DNA of 64,000 nt, from assembly GCA_000830295.1 (NCBI GenBank), contig CP010425.1, positions 320,001 to 384,000 of the forward strand, in the 5' to 3' direction. The position numbers and the translations under genes are program-made. Of the stretch, positions 18,827 to 28,758 are shown one piece after another. The DNA is from an archaeon GW2011_AR15. GTDB lineage: Archaea > Nanobdellota > Nanobdellia > Woesearchaeales > GW2011-AR15. The notes under the pieces are model-generated. The model ran no database searches and was not told where the DNA came from. It saw nothing but the letters and a program-made list of their open reading frames with translations. The first letter of the stretch is position 1. Each line of letters starts with the position of its first letter.

Positions 18827-19450
18827 TCAGCCCAGCAGAGCCATTGCCCTGTTCATATTGGTCTCAGCCGCAACTTCATATTTATTCCTGAAGAATTCTG
18901 TCTGGTATATTGAGGGCCTTTTTTGCTTGTTCATGAAGCCCTCAAATATTTTCCTTGTCCCTGCAGCGAAATTTTCGTAAGGGATACGGGAGTATTCCTC
19001 TCTTATGTTTTTTCTGTTCCTGTTAAATTTTTCCCATGGCTGGCCTAATGTAGCAAGGTCAATATCTGCCATGAGCTTTGCATCGCCCTCCTCAGGGATA
19101 GTTTCATGTTTTGTTGCCATTATCAGATACCTTACTTTTTCAGCAAATGCCTCTGAAACTCCTGCTTTTACAAGAGTGCTATAAGCAAGATCTGCACTCT
19201 CTTTTTCATTATCTGCGCTGCCATCTGTCTCATAAATTACATCATGGTACCATATTGCCATTTCAAGAGCAAGCGGATCGCTGGCGAGATGCTTTGCAGT
19301 ATCAAATTCCGCCAGGCAGTCTTCAATATGCCAGATATTGTGGTATGCCCTGTGAGACTCAGTGTATCTTGCGTATAATTCTTCAAACTCTCTTTCGCCG
19401 CTTCCCTCTGCGCCTATCCTGCTCCATAAATCAAGAAATCTCTCCTTCAT
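18827..19450 (-). CDS. HD-domain metal-dependent phosphohydrolase
   Basis: RAYHN..H, WYHDVIY, DIDL. Confidence 0.82.
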   Translation of the reverse strand: MKERFLDLWSRIGAEGSGEREFEELYARYTESHRAYHNIWHIEDCLAEFDTAKHLASDPLALEMAIWYHDVIYETDGSADNEKESADLAYSTLVKAGVSEAFAEKVRYLIMATKHETIPEEGDAKLMADIDLATLGQPWEKFNRNRKNIREEYSRIPYENFAAGTRKIFEGFMNKQKRPSIYQTEFFRNKYEVAAETNMNRAMALLG

Positions 19451-19535
19451 AGAAAAAGGTAATTTCCGCTTATTTTAATACCTATTTAAATCAACAACAA
19501 CCTTTTTATATCCTGTTGAATTTTGTATACTTCTC

Positions 19536-20309
19536 ATGGCTAAGAAAATTCCGAGAAAGAAGAAAAGCAGTTCTAAAAAGGAAAAAGCCAAAGTCCCTGA
19601 TATGAAGAAAAGGCAATATGCCACCATAGCGCTTGGCGGCGGAGTGGCTCTGCTTGTATTATTTGTTCTCGGCATGCTCTACGCCAACTCAGTTGAAGTT
19701 TCAGAGAACTCCCCTGCTCCTGTAAAATTTTTCAAGGGCATAAATAATGCCATCTTCCAAAAAAATAATGAAGTGGCTGCAGTTGTAAATGACGAAACAA
19801 TAACAATGGAAGAGCTTGACACCCTCTACGACCGGCTGCCTGAAGATTCAAAACAGTTTACAACAAAAAGCGACGTGCTGGAAAGCCTAATTGACGAGCG
19901 TGTGCTGCTGCAGGAGGCAGAAAAAAGAGGCTATACTGTTAGTGAGGAAGAGGTTGATCAGACTTTAAACAGGATACTTGAACTGAACAGCCTGACAGTC
20001 GAGCAGTATTCAGGCATGCTGGAGAGCGTCGGCTCCTCGCTGGAGGAGGCAAGGAATTATTACAGGAAAAGCCTGATGCTTAACAAATTGCTGAATGAAA
20101 CAGTCTACAGCAGGGTGCAGGTGACTGCAATAGAGATAAGGGACTACTACCTTGAAACCGTGAAGCCTGTATCCAATGCCACTTACGAGGAAGCTTATGA
20201 CCTGATAAATGAGACACTGACAGCAGACCAGCAGTCTGAATTGTTCTTTGAGTACCTTGATGAGGTAAAGAACAATTCAAACATAATCATATTCTATAAG
20301 GAAGAATAA
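19536..20309 (+). CDS. membrane-anchored SurA N-terminal-domain chaperone
   Basis: N-terminal TM, AAVVNDETIT, LIDERVLLQEAEKRG; no parvulin domain visible. Confidence 0.8.
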   Translation: MAKKIPRKKKSSSKKEKAKVPDMKKRQYATIALGGGVALLVLFVLGMLYANSVEVSENSPAPVKFFKGINNAIFQKNNEVAAVVNDETITMEELDTLYDRLPEDSKQFTTKSDVLESLIDERVLLQEAEKRGYTVSEEEVDQTLNRILELNSLTVEQYSGMLESVGSSLEEARNYYRKSLMLNKLLNETVYSRVQVTAIEIRDYYLETVKPVSNATYEEAYDLINETLTADQQSELFFEYLDEVKNNSNIIIFYKEE

Positions 20310-20325
20310 ATTAAAAATAAAATTA

Positions 20326-21540
20326 TTAAAAGTCTTCAACAGTCATCAGATTGACCTTTGTGCTCCTGCCCTTTACTTTGTTGTCCATTCCTATAAGGAA
20401 GTCAACTCTTGCTTTTTCTGCTGCTTCAAGAAGGTCCTTTTCTATTGCTCCGTCAAATATCACTGCATGGACGCCTGTATTGAGGGATTTCAGCGTTGTG
20501 TTCAGCTCTGAAATCGGGACTTTTCCGAGGATATTGAGCTTGCTGTCCAGCACATATGCCCCTCTTGTCCCTACAAGGTCTTCAAGCATCTCACTGAAGG
20601 TATCTTTCTCTGCCGTTGTTATTTTTGAATGAGTCTCTTTCTCTTCCGGCTTTGGCATCTGCCTGCCCTGCACCGGCTTTGGCCTTTCAATGGCCCTCCT
20701 TGGAGCTGATGCTGATTCCATCTTCATCTGCTCTGCAGATACCTTGCTCCTAAGGGCCTTATGTATCTCCTTCTTTGTCAGTTCCTCAACTTCCTTTCCG
20801 TCAGGGGCTCTTGCCACAAAATCAACCTCTGTAACGCTCATAAGCTCCTGCACTATGAGGTTTCCTCCCCTGTCTCCGTCAACAAAAGCTGTAAGCACCT
20901 TTGATTTCCCAAGCTCTATAATCTCAGGAGGGACTGATGTGCCGTTAAGCGCTATGACATTCTTGAATCCGTGCTTAAGAAGTGTCAGGACATCCGCCCT
21001 TCCTTCCACAACAACGACTTCCTCTGACTCATCGACTGACGGGCCAGCTGGCAGCCTGCCGCGGCCATACTCCTGTATTTCCATAACTCTTACAGAATAG
21101 GCCACTTCATCGCTCAGCTCCTGGGAATCAGGCATGGTCTCTTCCATCATCTGCCTTAGCAGGGTCTTGGCCCTGTCAATGACATGGTTTCTCTTTGATA
21201 TCCTTATGTCTTCTATCTTGCTGACTTCAATCTTGGCAGTGCAGGGGCCTATCCTCTGGATGACTTCCAAAGCAGCGCCGACTATTGCTGTCTCTGCCTT
21301 GTCAAGGCTTGAAGGTATCAGTATTGAGCCTACTGTCTTCCCTGATTTTGTCTCTGTGTCTACCTCTATCCTTCCTATCCTGCCTGATCTCTGAAGCTCT
21401 CTCAGTTCAAGCTCACTTCCGAGAAGCCCTTCTGTCTGGCCGAAGACAGCGCCTATTACGTCCGGCCTGTCTACAACGCCGTCTATGTTTATGCCTGCGT
21501 GAATGATATATTTAGCTGATACTGGGCTTATTTTTCCCAT
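20326..21540 (-). CDS. dnaG: archaeal DnaG (TOPRIM; exosome-associated)
   Basis: DVIGAVFGQTEGLLG, ELQRSGRIGRI, VVEGRADV, DGDRGG; GGAGG SD. Confidence 0.95.
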   Translation of the reverse strand: MGKISPVSAKYIIHAGINIDGVVDRPDVIGAVFGQTEGLLGSELELRELQRSGRIGRIEVDTETKSGKTVGSILIPSSLDKAETAIVGAALEVIQRIGPCTAKIEVSKIEDIRISKRNHVIDRAKTLLRQMMEETMPDSQELSDEVAYSVRVMEIQEYGRGRLPAGPSVDESEEVVVVEGRADVLTLLKHGFKNVIALNGTSVPPEIIELGKSKVLTAFVDGDRGGNLIVQELMSVTEVDFVARAPDGKEVEELTKKEIHKALRSKVSAEQMKMESASAPRRAIERPKPVQGRQMPKPEEKETHSKITTAEKDTFSEMLEDLVGTRGAYVLDSKLNILGKVPISELNTTLKSLNTGVHAVIFDGAIEKDLLEAAEKARVDFLIGMDNKVKGRSTKVNLMTVEDF

Positions 21541-21925
21541 TGTTATCTCCTCCTCTAAAGCCCGGCATAAGAAATATCGGTTATATCAGGTTCTTCAAAA
21601 ATCTCCTGCAATCTGCTGAATGAAATGATGAACATGATTGTTTCTCCTTATGCCTTGGCCATTGTAATGATTTGTTTAATAAGAACAAGCAATGTCTGCT
21701 TTACCCTAACTTACTTATGTGATGAATGTGATGAGTGTGAGCTTACTTGTCCTTATTCGTTGAGCGTAATAAAATATTGTCGCCCGAGACACTAACTCCC
21801 AGGTTCATAGCTTGTCTTTGACGTATGCTTCCCCGGGTACTCTCGTGACGGGCTGTATTACGCAAGAGTGTCTCAAACTCATTGAGTTCCCTACAAGGGA
21901 ATCTCATAAGAGGACCCATTTGTGT
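21541..21925 (-). ncRNA. putative structured RNA / long 5' leader of dnaG
   Basis: Several 7-10 bp helices including a crossing 8-bp pair (gcgtaata/tattacgc); G-U pairs valid only on the minus strand; TATA at ~21940-21960. Confidence 0.55.
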
Positions 21926-22024
21926 AATTAGGAAAAGGGATATAAAAAGGCTTTATAAAGGTTTGTGTCATAATATAAAAAATTGCAAAATTTTTAAATA
22001 TCCTATGATGTTCTTTCATCTGAA

Positions 22025-22732
22025 ATGAGTTTAATAGAGAATGTTCCAAGGCACCTTGGGATAATCATGGACGGGAACAGGAGATTTGCCAGAAGGCTGA
22101 CTGCAAAGCCCTGGAAAGGCCATGAATGGGGCGCAAAAAAACTTGCGTCTGTGCTTGAATGGTGCAGGGAATACGACATAAAAGAACTTACAGTCTATAC
22201 TTTTTCTATCCAGAACTTCAACAGGCCGAAAGAGGAGTTTGACTTCCTCATGGCTATTTTTGACAGGAATTTCGAGGAGCTGAAGAAAGACAAGAGGATA
22301 TACGAGAAGAGGATAAGGATAAATGTCATAGGAAGGCTCTGGATGTTCCCTGAAAGCATACAGAAACGAATGAAAGAGATAATGGAGCTAACAAAAGAGC
22401 ATGACCAGTATATTATAAATTTCGCAATGGCCTACGGCGGCAGGGAAGAGGTCATTGACGCTGCCATGAAGATAGCCAGGAAAGCTGTTTCAGGCGAGAT
22501 TAAGGTGGATGACATAAACGAGGAAGTTTTCAAAAACAGCCTTTACATCAAATCAGAGCCCGACCTGATAATAAGGACCGGCGGGGAAAAGAGAAGCTCT
22601 AATTTCCTTGCATTCCAGAGCGCTTATTCCGAGTATATTTTCATAGAAAAGATGTGGCCTGAGTTTGAGAAAGAGGATTTCGTGGCCTGTCTTGAGGAAT
22701 ATTCACAGAGAAAAAGGAGATTTGGGGTTTAG
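22025..22732 (+). CDS. uppS: cis-prenyltransferase (polyprenyl diphosphate synthase)
   Basis: HLGIIMDGNRR, FSIQNFNRP, YGGREE, PDLIIRTGGEKRSSNFL, RRFG. Confidence 0.95.
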   Translation: MSLIENVPRHLGIIMDGNRRFARRLTAKPWKGHEWGAKKLASVLEWCREYDIKELTVYTFSIQNFNRPKEEFDFLMAIFDRNFEELKKDKRIYEKRIRINVIGRLWMFPESIQKRMKEIMELTKEHDQYIINFAMAYGGREEVIDAAMKIARKAVSGEIKVDDINEEVFKNSLYIKSEPDLIIRTGGEKRSSNFLAFQSAYSEYIFIEKMWPEFEKEDFVACLEEYSQRKRRFGV

Positions 22733-23196
22733 GAAACTGTCGCCCTTATCTTTCCTGTTGCTGTCCTTTCTATCTGGCTTCCTACTGTGTAGAAAGTTAG
22801 GGTTATGTCTCCCTGTATTTTCTTGCCGGAAGGGACCTGGATATCGCAGTCAAGGGTTACTACATCGCTCAATACTCCGTTTACAAGAATCCCTGTAACA
22901 TTTGCAGGAGAGCATCCCCACAATCCCTCATTATCCCCCTCGCCTTCTATAGTAACTGTGAAGCCATCTATATTTTTGCCGAGGGTGTTCCTCAGCTCAA
23001 GCTGGACGCTGTCCTGGAGGACCGCATAATTCTCGCATGTAAATGCATTTGAAATATCGCATCTGTCAGGAAGAAGCCTTCCGAGGTCAATCACTCCGAA
23101 GCCTATCAGTGCTCCTATTGCAAGCATGACTATAAGTATTGTAACTCCGTATATAAGCAGCGTTTCAACTGCTACCTGCGCCTTTCTTGTTCTCAT
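22729..23196 (-). CDS. type IV pilin-like protein with class III signal peptide
   Basis: RKA/QVAVE (E at +5) followed by a hydrophobic helix; paired Cys. Confidence 0.85.
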   Translation of the reverse strand: MRTRKAQVAVETLLIYGVTILIVMLAIGALIGFGVIDLGRLLPDRCDISNAFTCENYAVLQDSVQLELRNTLGKNIDGFTVTIEGEGDNEGLWGCSPANVTGILVNGVLSDVVTLDCDIQVPSGKKIQGDITLTFYTVGSQIERTATGKIRATVS

Positions 23197-23848
23197 TTTT
23201 ACCCTTTTTTAGCTTTTCTGCTATTGATGATAATTCATTGATATTTTCTGTAAATCTGGGAAGCACTTTTGAGAATACTTTTTCCATTGCCTGTATCTCT
23301 GAGCCGACTTCCTGTATGTGCTTGTCATAGTCATTTACCTTGCTGAGGATTGCCCTCTGCAAGTCTGAAAAATTCTCCCTGAGCCCTGCCAGAGTTACTT
23401 CCATCTCCGAAACTCTTGACTCAACCTTGTTTTTCCAGTCAACAATCTTGTTGACATCCTTGACAAGCTCTTCCCATTTCTCTTCAATGACAGCCTCGAC
23501 CAGTTCCTCAACCTTGACCTGGTTTTCATCAAAACTTGTATCCTGCTGTGGTGCCTGGTAATTACTGCTCTGCTGCTGTCTTTCCTCTTCCATCGGCGGC
23601 TGCGTGAATATCTCCTGGTCCAGTTCAGACTCCTGCTGTGGCATTGGATATGACTGCCTTGGCGGCTGGCCGCCGCTGATAGGCTGCATGTTCCCCTCAA
23701 CTGCTATTTTTGTATCCGCCTGGCTCATCGCATCAAATATCTGCGTATTGGAGTATCCCTGCCTCTGCAGGTTCTGGATTATCTCGTTGTTGGAGAGCCC
23801 TCTCTGTTTCATTTCCATTATATCATTCATAGGAGAACCGCTTGCCAT
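23165..23848 (-). CDS. coiled-coil protein (pilus-locus associated)
   Basis: N-terminal small helical domain (RGLSNNEIIQNLQRQGY), Q-rich linker, C-terminal heptads. Confidence 0.7.
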   Translation of the reverse strand: MASGSPMNDIMEMKQRGLSNNEIIQNLQRQGYSNTQIFDAMSQADTKIAVEGNMQPISGGQPPRQSYPMPQQESELDQEIFTQPPMEEERQQQSSNYQAPQQDTSFDENQVKVEELVEAVIEEKWEELVKDVNKIVDWKNKVESRVSEMEVTLAGLRENFSDLQRAILSKVNDYDKHIQEVGSEIQAMEKVFSKVLPRFTENINELSSIAEKLKKGKNENKKGAGSS

Positions 23849-23892
23849 TTTCCAGTATCAGCTAAGAATATTAGCATATATATAACTTTCGT

Positions 23893-24345
23893 TCATTTTT
23901 TCTCTCTAATGAGCTTCTCTGCCTCTGCCCTTGTAATGAAATCAAGGGGCTGCCAGTAATCAAGATATTTTGATATGACATTGAGGTCTGCCTTGCTGAC
24001 CGCCTGGCTCACTTCCTCACTAAGCTTTGACAACTTGTCAGCCATTTCCGCCATTGAATTCCTCAGCTCTGATATAGATTCATTGAGGGCATTTATTTCG
24101 CTGAAAATCTCTTTTGTGTCATCCAGCATATTTTCCTCAGTGAACTGGGCCTTCTTCCTTATCTGGGAATATCTCTCTTCAAGAAGCCTTATTCTCCTCA
24201 TTATTTCCTCCATCTGCCTTGAGACTTCCTCGGGGACTGCGGGGGCCTTTTTTGGCTGGGGCTGGGGAACCGGAGAAGGCGGCGGTGCGGAAGCTGGAAA
24301 TTGCTGCGGATTTCCCTGGCTATCGGCCTGTTTTTTATCTGCCAT
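23893..24345 (-). CDS. coiled-coil protein
   Basis: Pro-rich N-terminus, heptad repeats, KYLDYWQP C-terminus. Confidence 0.7.
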   Translation of the reverse strand: MADKKQADSQGNPQQFPASAPPPSPVPQPQPKKAPAVPEEVSRQMEEIMRRIRLLEERYSQIRKKAQFTEENMLDDTKEIFSEINALNESISELRNSMAEMADKLSKLSEEVSQAVSKADLNVISKYLDYWQPLDFITRAEAEKLIREKK

Positions 24346-24418
24346 TCTAAAAGAGGAATTTTTTTAAAGTATAGAACAATTGTTTATGCCTATACTATAT
24401 AAAATTTGCTAGACTAAA

Positions 24419-26692
24419 ATGGATGACATCAATTTCTCTGTAGAAAGGCTGGGGGAGGATACAATACTGAAATGCGATTTTGCAGGCAGCCCGCTTGTGC
24501 CTTCGCTTGAAGACAATGATATCACCATGTCAAAGGTCATGGAGAAGCTTGCGGAGACCAGCGGCATAACAAAGGTTGTGTTTTCCCAGAAGCGTGAGTA
24601 TGAATATGACTTCCAGCAGACTTCCATGCTGAATGAAATAGCAATGATTTACAGGAAGCTGTCAAGGGAAAAGGACAGGTTCAGCATAACCTCTCTTACA
24701 TTAGACAGGTGCGCGAATTACGCCAATATCTGGTATACCCAGCTGAAGAATATAACTTCAAACCTCCTGCTCAGGGATCCGCTCGGCGCCTATGTCGAGC
24801 TGAAAAGAATAAGGAGAAGAGAAAGAATCCTTTTAGACAAAAGCGGGGAGGATGCTGCTGTCTGCATCAGGCACTACCTTTCAATCCTTGATTACCTTAT
24901 TGTCATGCTTGACGAGACAAAGCTGGTCATTATCGCTACCCCATATCTTGCAGGCTACAGCACAGATGACAGGTCTGTCTACAGGACTCTTTTCAGCCCT
25001 ACAATAAAGCCTGATTTCATGTATACAAAACTCATGTCTTCCTATCCGAAGAACAGCAAGGAAATAGACAGCTTTACAATCGGGGAAACTGAGATTACCA
25101 TCTTCAAGATTGCCGATTCAGTCCAGACCCTTTATCATATCCTTCCGCCTGAATTCAAGCTTTCAGAAGAGAAATACGAACTGCTTGACACGGCCAGGAA
25201 CATAATGGCAGAGCACAAGCCGAAAAGGGAAGATTTTGTTGACCCAAAGAGGATGAGGGAAGTTTTCTACAATGTAGGGAAAGACCTCATTGAAGAGCTG
25301 GCAAATTACAGGAGGATAAAATTAAGGGAGAAGGAAGTCGATGAGCTTACAAGGATACTTGTGAGGTATACTGTGGGCTTCGGGCTGATTGAGGTCCTGC
25401 TTCAGGACGAGGAGATACAGGACATTTCAATAAACAGCCCCATGGGAAGGATGCAGATATTCATTGTCCACGGGAAATATGACGACTGCATGACCAACAT
25501 TATACCGACTGTCCAGGAGGCAGAAAGCTGGGCCTCCAAACTAAGGATGATCTCAGGCAGGCCGCTGGACGAGGCCAACCCTATACTTGACACTGAACTT
25601 GAGCTCCCGGGGGTATCAACAAGGGTTGCTGTGATAAACAGGCCGCTTAACCCTACGGGTCTTGCATTTTCTTTCAGGAGGCACAGGGACAAGCCGTGGA
25701 CCCTTCCTCTATTTGTCCATTACAAGATGATAAACCCTCTTGCAGCAGGCCTCATAAGCTTTTTTATTGACGGGACCAGGACAATGATGGTATGCGGTAC
25801 CAGGAGCAGCGGTAAATCCTCCTTCCTTTCAGCAATCATGGTAGAGATTATGAGAAGGTACAGGATGATAACTATTGAAGATACTCTGGAATTGCCTATC
25901 CCCCAGCTGAGAGCACTGGGTTTTAATGTCCAGTCGATGAAAGTGGCATCTTCCCTTACGCAGACAGGCAGTGAGGTTGACGCAACAATTGGGATAAGGT
26001 CAACGCTTAGGCTCGGAGATTCCTCCCTTATTATTGGGGAAGTGAGAAGCAAGGAAGCAGTTGCATTGTATGAGGCAATGAGGGTTGGGGCAGCCGCAAA
26101 CGTGGTTGCAGGAACTATTCACGCTGACTCACCCTATGGCCTGTATGACAGGGTGGTGAATGACATCGGCGTGCCGAAAACAAGCTTCAAGGCAACTGAC
26201 ATTGTCATAGTTGCTGCACCCATAAAATCAGCTGACGGCCTGCATAAGAACAGGAGAGTCATACAGATAACAGAAGTCCAGAAGCACTGGGAGCAGGACC
26301 CTCTTCTTGAAAAAGGCTTTGTTGATTTGATGAAATATGATGCAAAAAAAGACGAGCTTGTGCCCACGGATGACCTTGTCAACGGTGAATCTGAGATATT
26401 GAAAATAATAGGAAGCAAGATAGCTGATTATGCGGGCAACTGGGATGCAATCTGGCAGGATATACTGACGAGGGCAAAGATGAAAGAGGCTCTTGTAAAA
26501 AAGGCCGTGGAGAACAAGGACATGGACATGCTTGAGGCTCCTTTTGTGATACTTTCAAATGACATGTACCATGTATTCAATGAGAAAGTCAGGAAAAAAT
26601 CCAAAAAGCTCGACCAGAAGCTCATCTACCAGGAATGGGAGGCGTGGCTCAACCAGGAAATAAGGAAAAGGAAATACAAGACAGAAAAATAG
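24419..26692 (+). CDS. type II/IV secretion system ATPase (VirB11/TadA-like) with long N-terminal extension
   Basis: Walker A GTRSSGKS, TIEDTLEL, LRLGDSSLIIGEVRS.EA, GTIHA. Confidence 0.9.
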   Translation: MDDINFSVERLGEDTILKCDFAGSPLVPSLEDNDITMSKVMEKLAETSGITKVVFSQKREYEYDFQQTSMLNEIAMIYRKLSREKDRFSITSLTLDRCANYANIWYTQLKNITSNLLLRDPLGAYVELKRIRRRERILLDKSGEDAAVCIRHYLSILDYLIVMLDETKLVIIATPYLAGYSTDDRSVYRTLFSPTIKPDFMYTKLMSSYPKNSKEIDSFTIGETEITIFKIADSVQTLYHILPPEFKLSEEKYELLDTARNIMAEHKPKREDFVDPKRMREVFYNVGKDLIEELANYRRIKLREKEVDELTRILVRYTVGFGLIEVLLQDEEIQDISINSPMGRMQIFIVHGKYDDCMTNIIPTVQEAESWASKLRMISGRPLDEANPILDTELELPGVSTRVAVINRPLNPTGLAFSFRRHRDKPWTLPLFVHYKMINPLAAGLISFFIDGTRTMMVCGTRSSGKSSFLSAIMVEIMRRYRMITIEDTLELPIPQLRALGFNVQSMKVASSLTQTGSEVDATIGIRSTLRLGDSSLIIGEVRSKEAVALYEAMRVGAAANVVAGTIHADSPYGLYDRVVNDIGVPKTSFKATDIVIVAAPIKSADGLHKNRRVIQITEVQKHWEQDPLLEKGFVDLMKYDAKKDELVPTDDLVNGESEILKIIGSKIADYAGNWDAIWQDILTRAKMKEALVKKAVENKDMDMLEAPFVILSNDMYHVFNEKVRKKSKKLDQKLIYQEWEAWLNQEIRKRKYKTEK

Positions 26693-27367
26693 TCACTTCT
26701 CCAGTATTATTATGTTGCCCCTTCCCTTTTTTATTTTCTTTACTTTTCCGAGGGATTCAAGCTCTGCAACCATAAGGCTGATCTTTGCTTCTGACAGCGG
26801 AAGTTCTTTCCTGAGCTCCCTCTGCGTCATCCTGCCGTCATTTTTCTCCAGAAGTGAGATTATTCTGGAAAGGTCAGGCTTTGCTTTCTGGATTTTCTCT
26901 TTACTGTATTCTGTTTTGCTTTCTCCTTTATTCTTCCTGGCCCGGAAAAAAAAGAAAGCAGCAGCCAGGATTAAAAGAAGTGCAGCTCCAATCAGCCATG
27001 AAAACTTTCTGTCAGGATATGGATTCTCTATATCTAAATTGAGGTCGTCAAACAGCTCATCATCAATATCCGGGTAGAGAAAAAGGTCAAGCACATAGTC
27101 GCCATTCTGCACTATGGTTATGTTTTCGGCGACTGCCATTGGCTGGCCATTCCTGTAATATGCCAGAATTGTGTATTTGCCAGGAGGCACTTCAATGCTG
27201 TATGTCCCGTTTACAGCCACGAATCTCTGCATTGGATTTGTATTGATCTCAACAACTGCTCCCTCAACCCTGTCAAGCGAAAGGTCATATATGTTGCCGT
27301 ATATTGTTGCTGCTGACGCTGTATAAATCAGTATAAGAAATACTGCAAACATCAACGGCCCCCTCAT
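26693..27367 (-). CDS. membrane-anchored regulator: extracellular beta-sandwich, TM, C-terminal winged HTH
   Basis: Signal peptide, carboxypeptidase-regulatory-like domain (GTYSIEVPPGKYTI), TM, QRELRKELPLSEAKISLMVAELE..G.V.K.KKGR. Confidence 0.8.
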   Translation of the reverse strand: MRGPLMFAVFLILIYTASAATIYGNIYDLSLDRVEGAVVEINTNPMQRFVAVNGTYSIEVPPGKYTILAYYRNGQPMAVAENITIVQNGDYVLDLFLYPDIDDELFDDLNLDIENPYPDRKFSWLIGAALLLILAAAFFFFRARKNKGESKTEYSKEKIQKAKPDLSRIISLLEKNDGRMTQRELRKELPLSEAKISLMVAELESLGKVKKIKKGRGNIIILEK

Positions 27368-27418
27368 TGAAGGTGGGTTGCCTTTCCGACTATAAAAATA
27401 TTTCCCTGCGACGCCTGT

Positions 27419-27473
27419 GGAAAAACAGGATATAAAGCTTCTAAAGCCTGTTTTCCGGGAATATAAAGCTTCT
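27419..27473. promoter_or_regulatory. candidate operator: 13-bp direct repeat plus inverted repeat
   Basis: atataaagcttct at 27430-27442 and 27461-27473; ggaaaaacagg...cctgttttcc flanking the first copy. Confidence 0.55.
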
Positions 27474-27552
27474 GACGGTCAAATCTGAAAAGTTTCTTTA
27501 TAAGAAAACCGCAATATCTTAACTGTAAAATAAAATAGCGAGGTGGCTATTC

Positions 27553-28758
27553 ATGGAAATGAAAAAGATTATGGCTTTGTCCATGCTGCTCATATTTTTG
27601 ATGAGCGCATTTTCTGTGTTCGCACAGGAAGTCAGGACAGAGGCAAACACACAGGCAAGCGTAAGGGCAAATGCCGGCTCTGCCAATGCAGACGCTGAGC
27701 AGAATGCTTCAGTAAATGCAAGGATTAGCCTGAGAGACAGGCTGCTGGAAATCAATGAGCGGCACAGGGCTAAATTAGAATCACTTACCGATGCTCAGGT
27801 GGAAAAGCTGGAGAGTCTTAATAAGACACAGCTTGAGGTGCTTTCCATTCTTGGAAGAGCCAGAATGAATGCTATTGTCAATTCAGGCAATGCCCCAATG
27901 GCTCTTGCTAAACTGGAAGTCAGGACATTCGCTACAAAGGCTGACATGTTCAGGGAAAGAGTTGTGGAAAACTTCCAGGGCATCAGGGCAAGGATAGAGA
28001 GCCTCAGGGAAGAGCATGCCGAAATAAGGGCAGAGCTTTCAGAAGAGAGGGCTGAATTCAGGGCTGCTGTTGAAGCCGGGAATGAAGAAGATGCAATTGC
28101 TCATGCAAAGGCATATCTTATCAGGGTTGCAGATATTATAATAAACAATCTTGAGAAGATAAAGGCACATGTCGAGGAAAATGACGACCTTACAGAGGAA
28201 GAGGCTGCCAATATCACTGCAGACATTGATGCAAAGATAGAGCTTATGACAGAGGCAAAAGCTGATGTCGAGGCTGCTGAGACAAAAGAGGAGGTCAAGG
28301 CTGCAGGAGCCGCCATAACAGAAGCATGGCACAGCATGAGATTCGGCCTGAGGCTGCATGCTGACGCACTGCTGAGGTTAAAGGTAACCGACATCCTGAA
28401 GAGAGCTGAATACCTTGAAAACAAGTTCGAAAGCGCCCTCGCCAGGCTTGAAGAGGAAGGCCATGATGTAAGTGACGCCAATGCTCTTCTTGACAGCTAC
28501 AGCGAGGCAGTTGCTGAAGCCCGGGTAGAGCTCAGGGAGGCCCATTCACTGCTTGTCGAAGCATATGCTTCAGAAGACAGTGAGGAGATGGTAGAGCAGG
28601 CAAAGGAGCTTATCAGCCAGGCACATGAGCACCTGAGAGAAGCCCATGACTTTTCAAAGCAGATAATTGCTGAGATAAGGGAAATTTCAGGCTCAATAGA
28701 TATTGTGCTTGAGGAATCTTCAGATGCATACGTGCTTGTTGAGGAGGGGGAGGCATAA
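27553..28758 (+). CDS. secreted alpha-helical/coiled-coil protein
   Basis: Sec signal peptide (SVFA/Q), Ala/Glu-rich heptads; GAGGTGG SD. Confidence 0.8.
   Translation: MEMKKIMALSMLLIFLMSAFSVFAQEVRTEANTQASVRANAGSANADAEQNASVNARISLRDRLLEINERHRAKLESLTDAQVEKLESLNKTQLEVLSILGRARMNAIVNSGNAPMALAKLEVRTFATKADMFRERVVENFQGIRARIESLREEHAEIRAELSEERAEFRAAVEAGNEEDAIAHAKAYLIRVADIIINNLEKIKAHVEENDDLTEEEAANITADIDAKIELMTEAKADVEAAETKEEVKAAGAAITEAWHSMRFGLRLHADALLRLKVTDILKRAEYLENKFESALARLEEEGHDVSDANALLDSYSEAVAEARVELREAHSLLVEAYASEDSEEMVEQAKELISQAHEHLREAHDFSKQIIAEIREISGSIDIVLEESSDAYVLVEEGEA

Noticed and set aside
21700-21712. ttaccctaac / TTAGGG next to a pseudoknot, suggesting a telomerase-like template
   Set aside because: Single short match expected by chance; no reverse transcriptase in the window.
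21614-21740. Plus-strand CTGA and RTGATGA boxes suggesting a C/D box sRNA
   Set aside because: Boxes are not in C-D'-C'-D order or spacing, and the G-U pairing supports the minus strand as the transcribed one.
21743-21925. RNase P RNA or SRP RNA
   Set aside because: Lacks the P4 GAGGAAAGUCC/ACAGAA..GGCUUA elements and the SRP helix-8 GGAA/AGCA motif.
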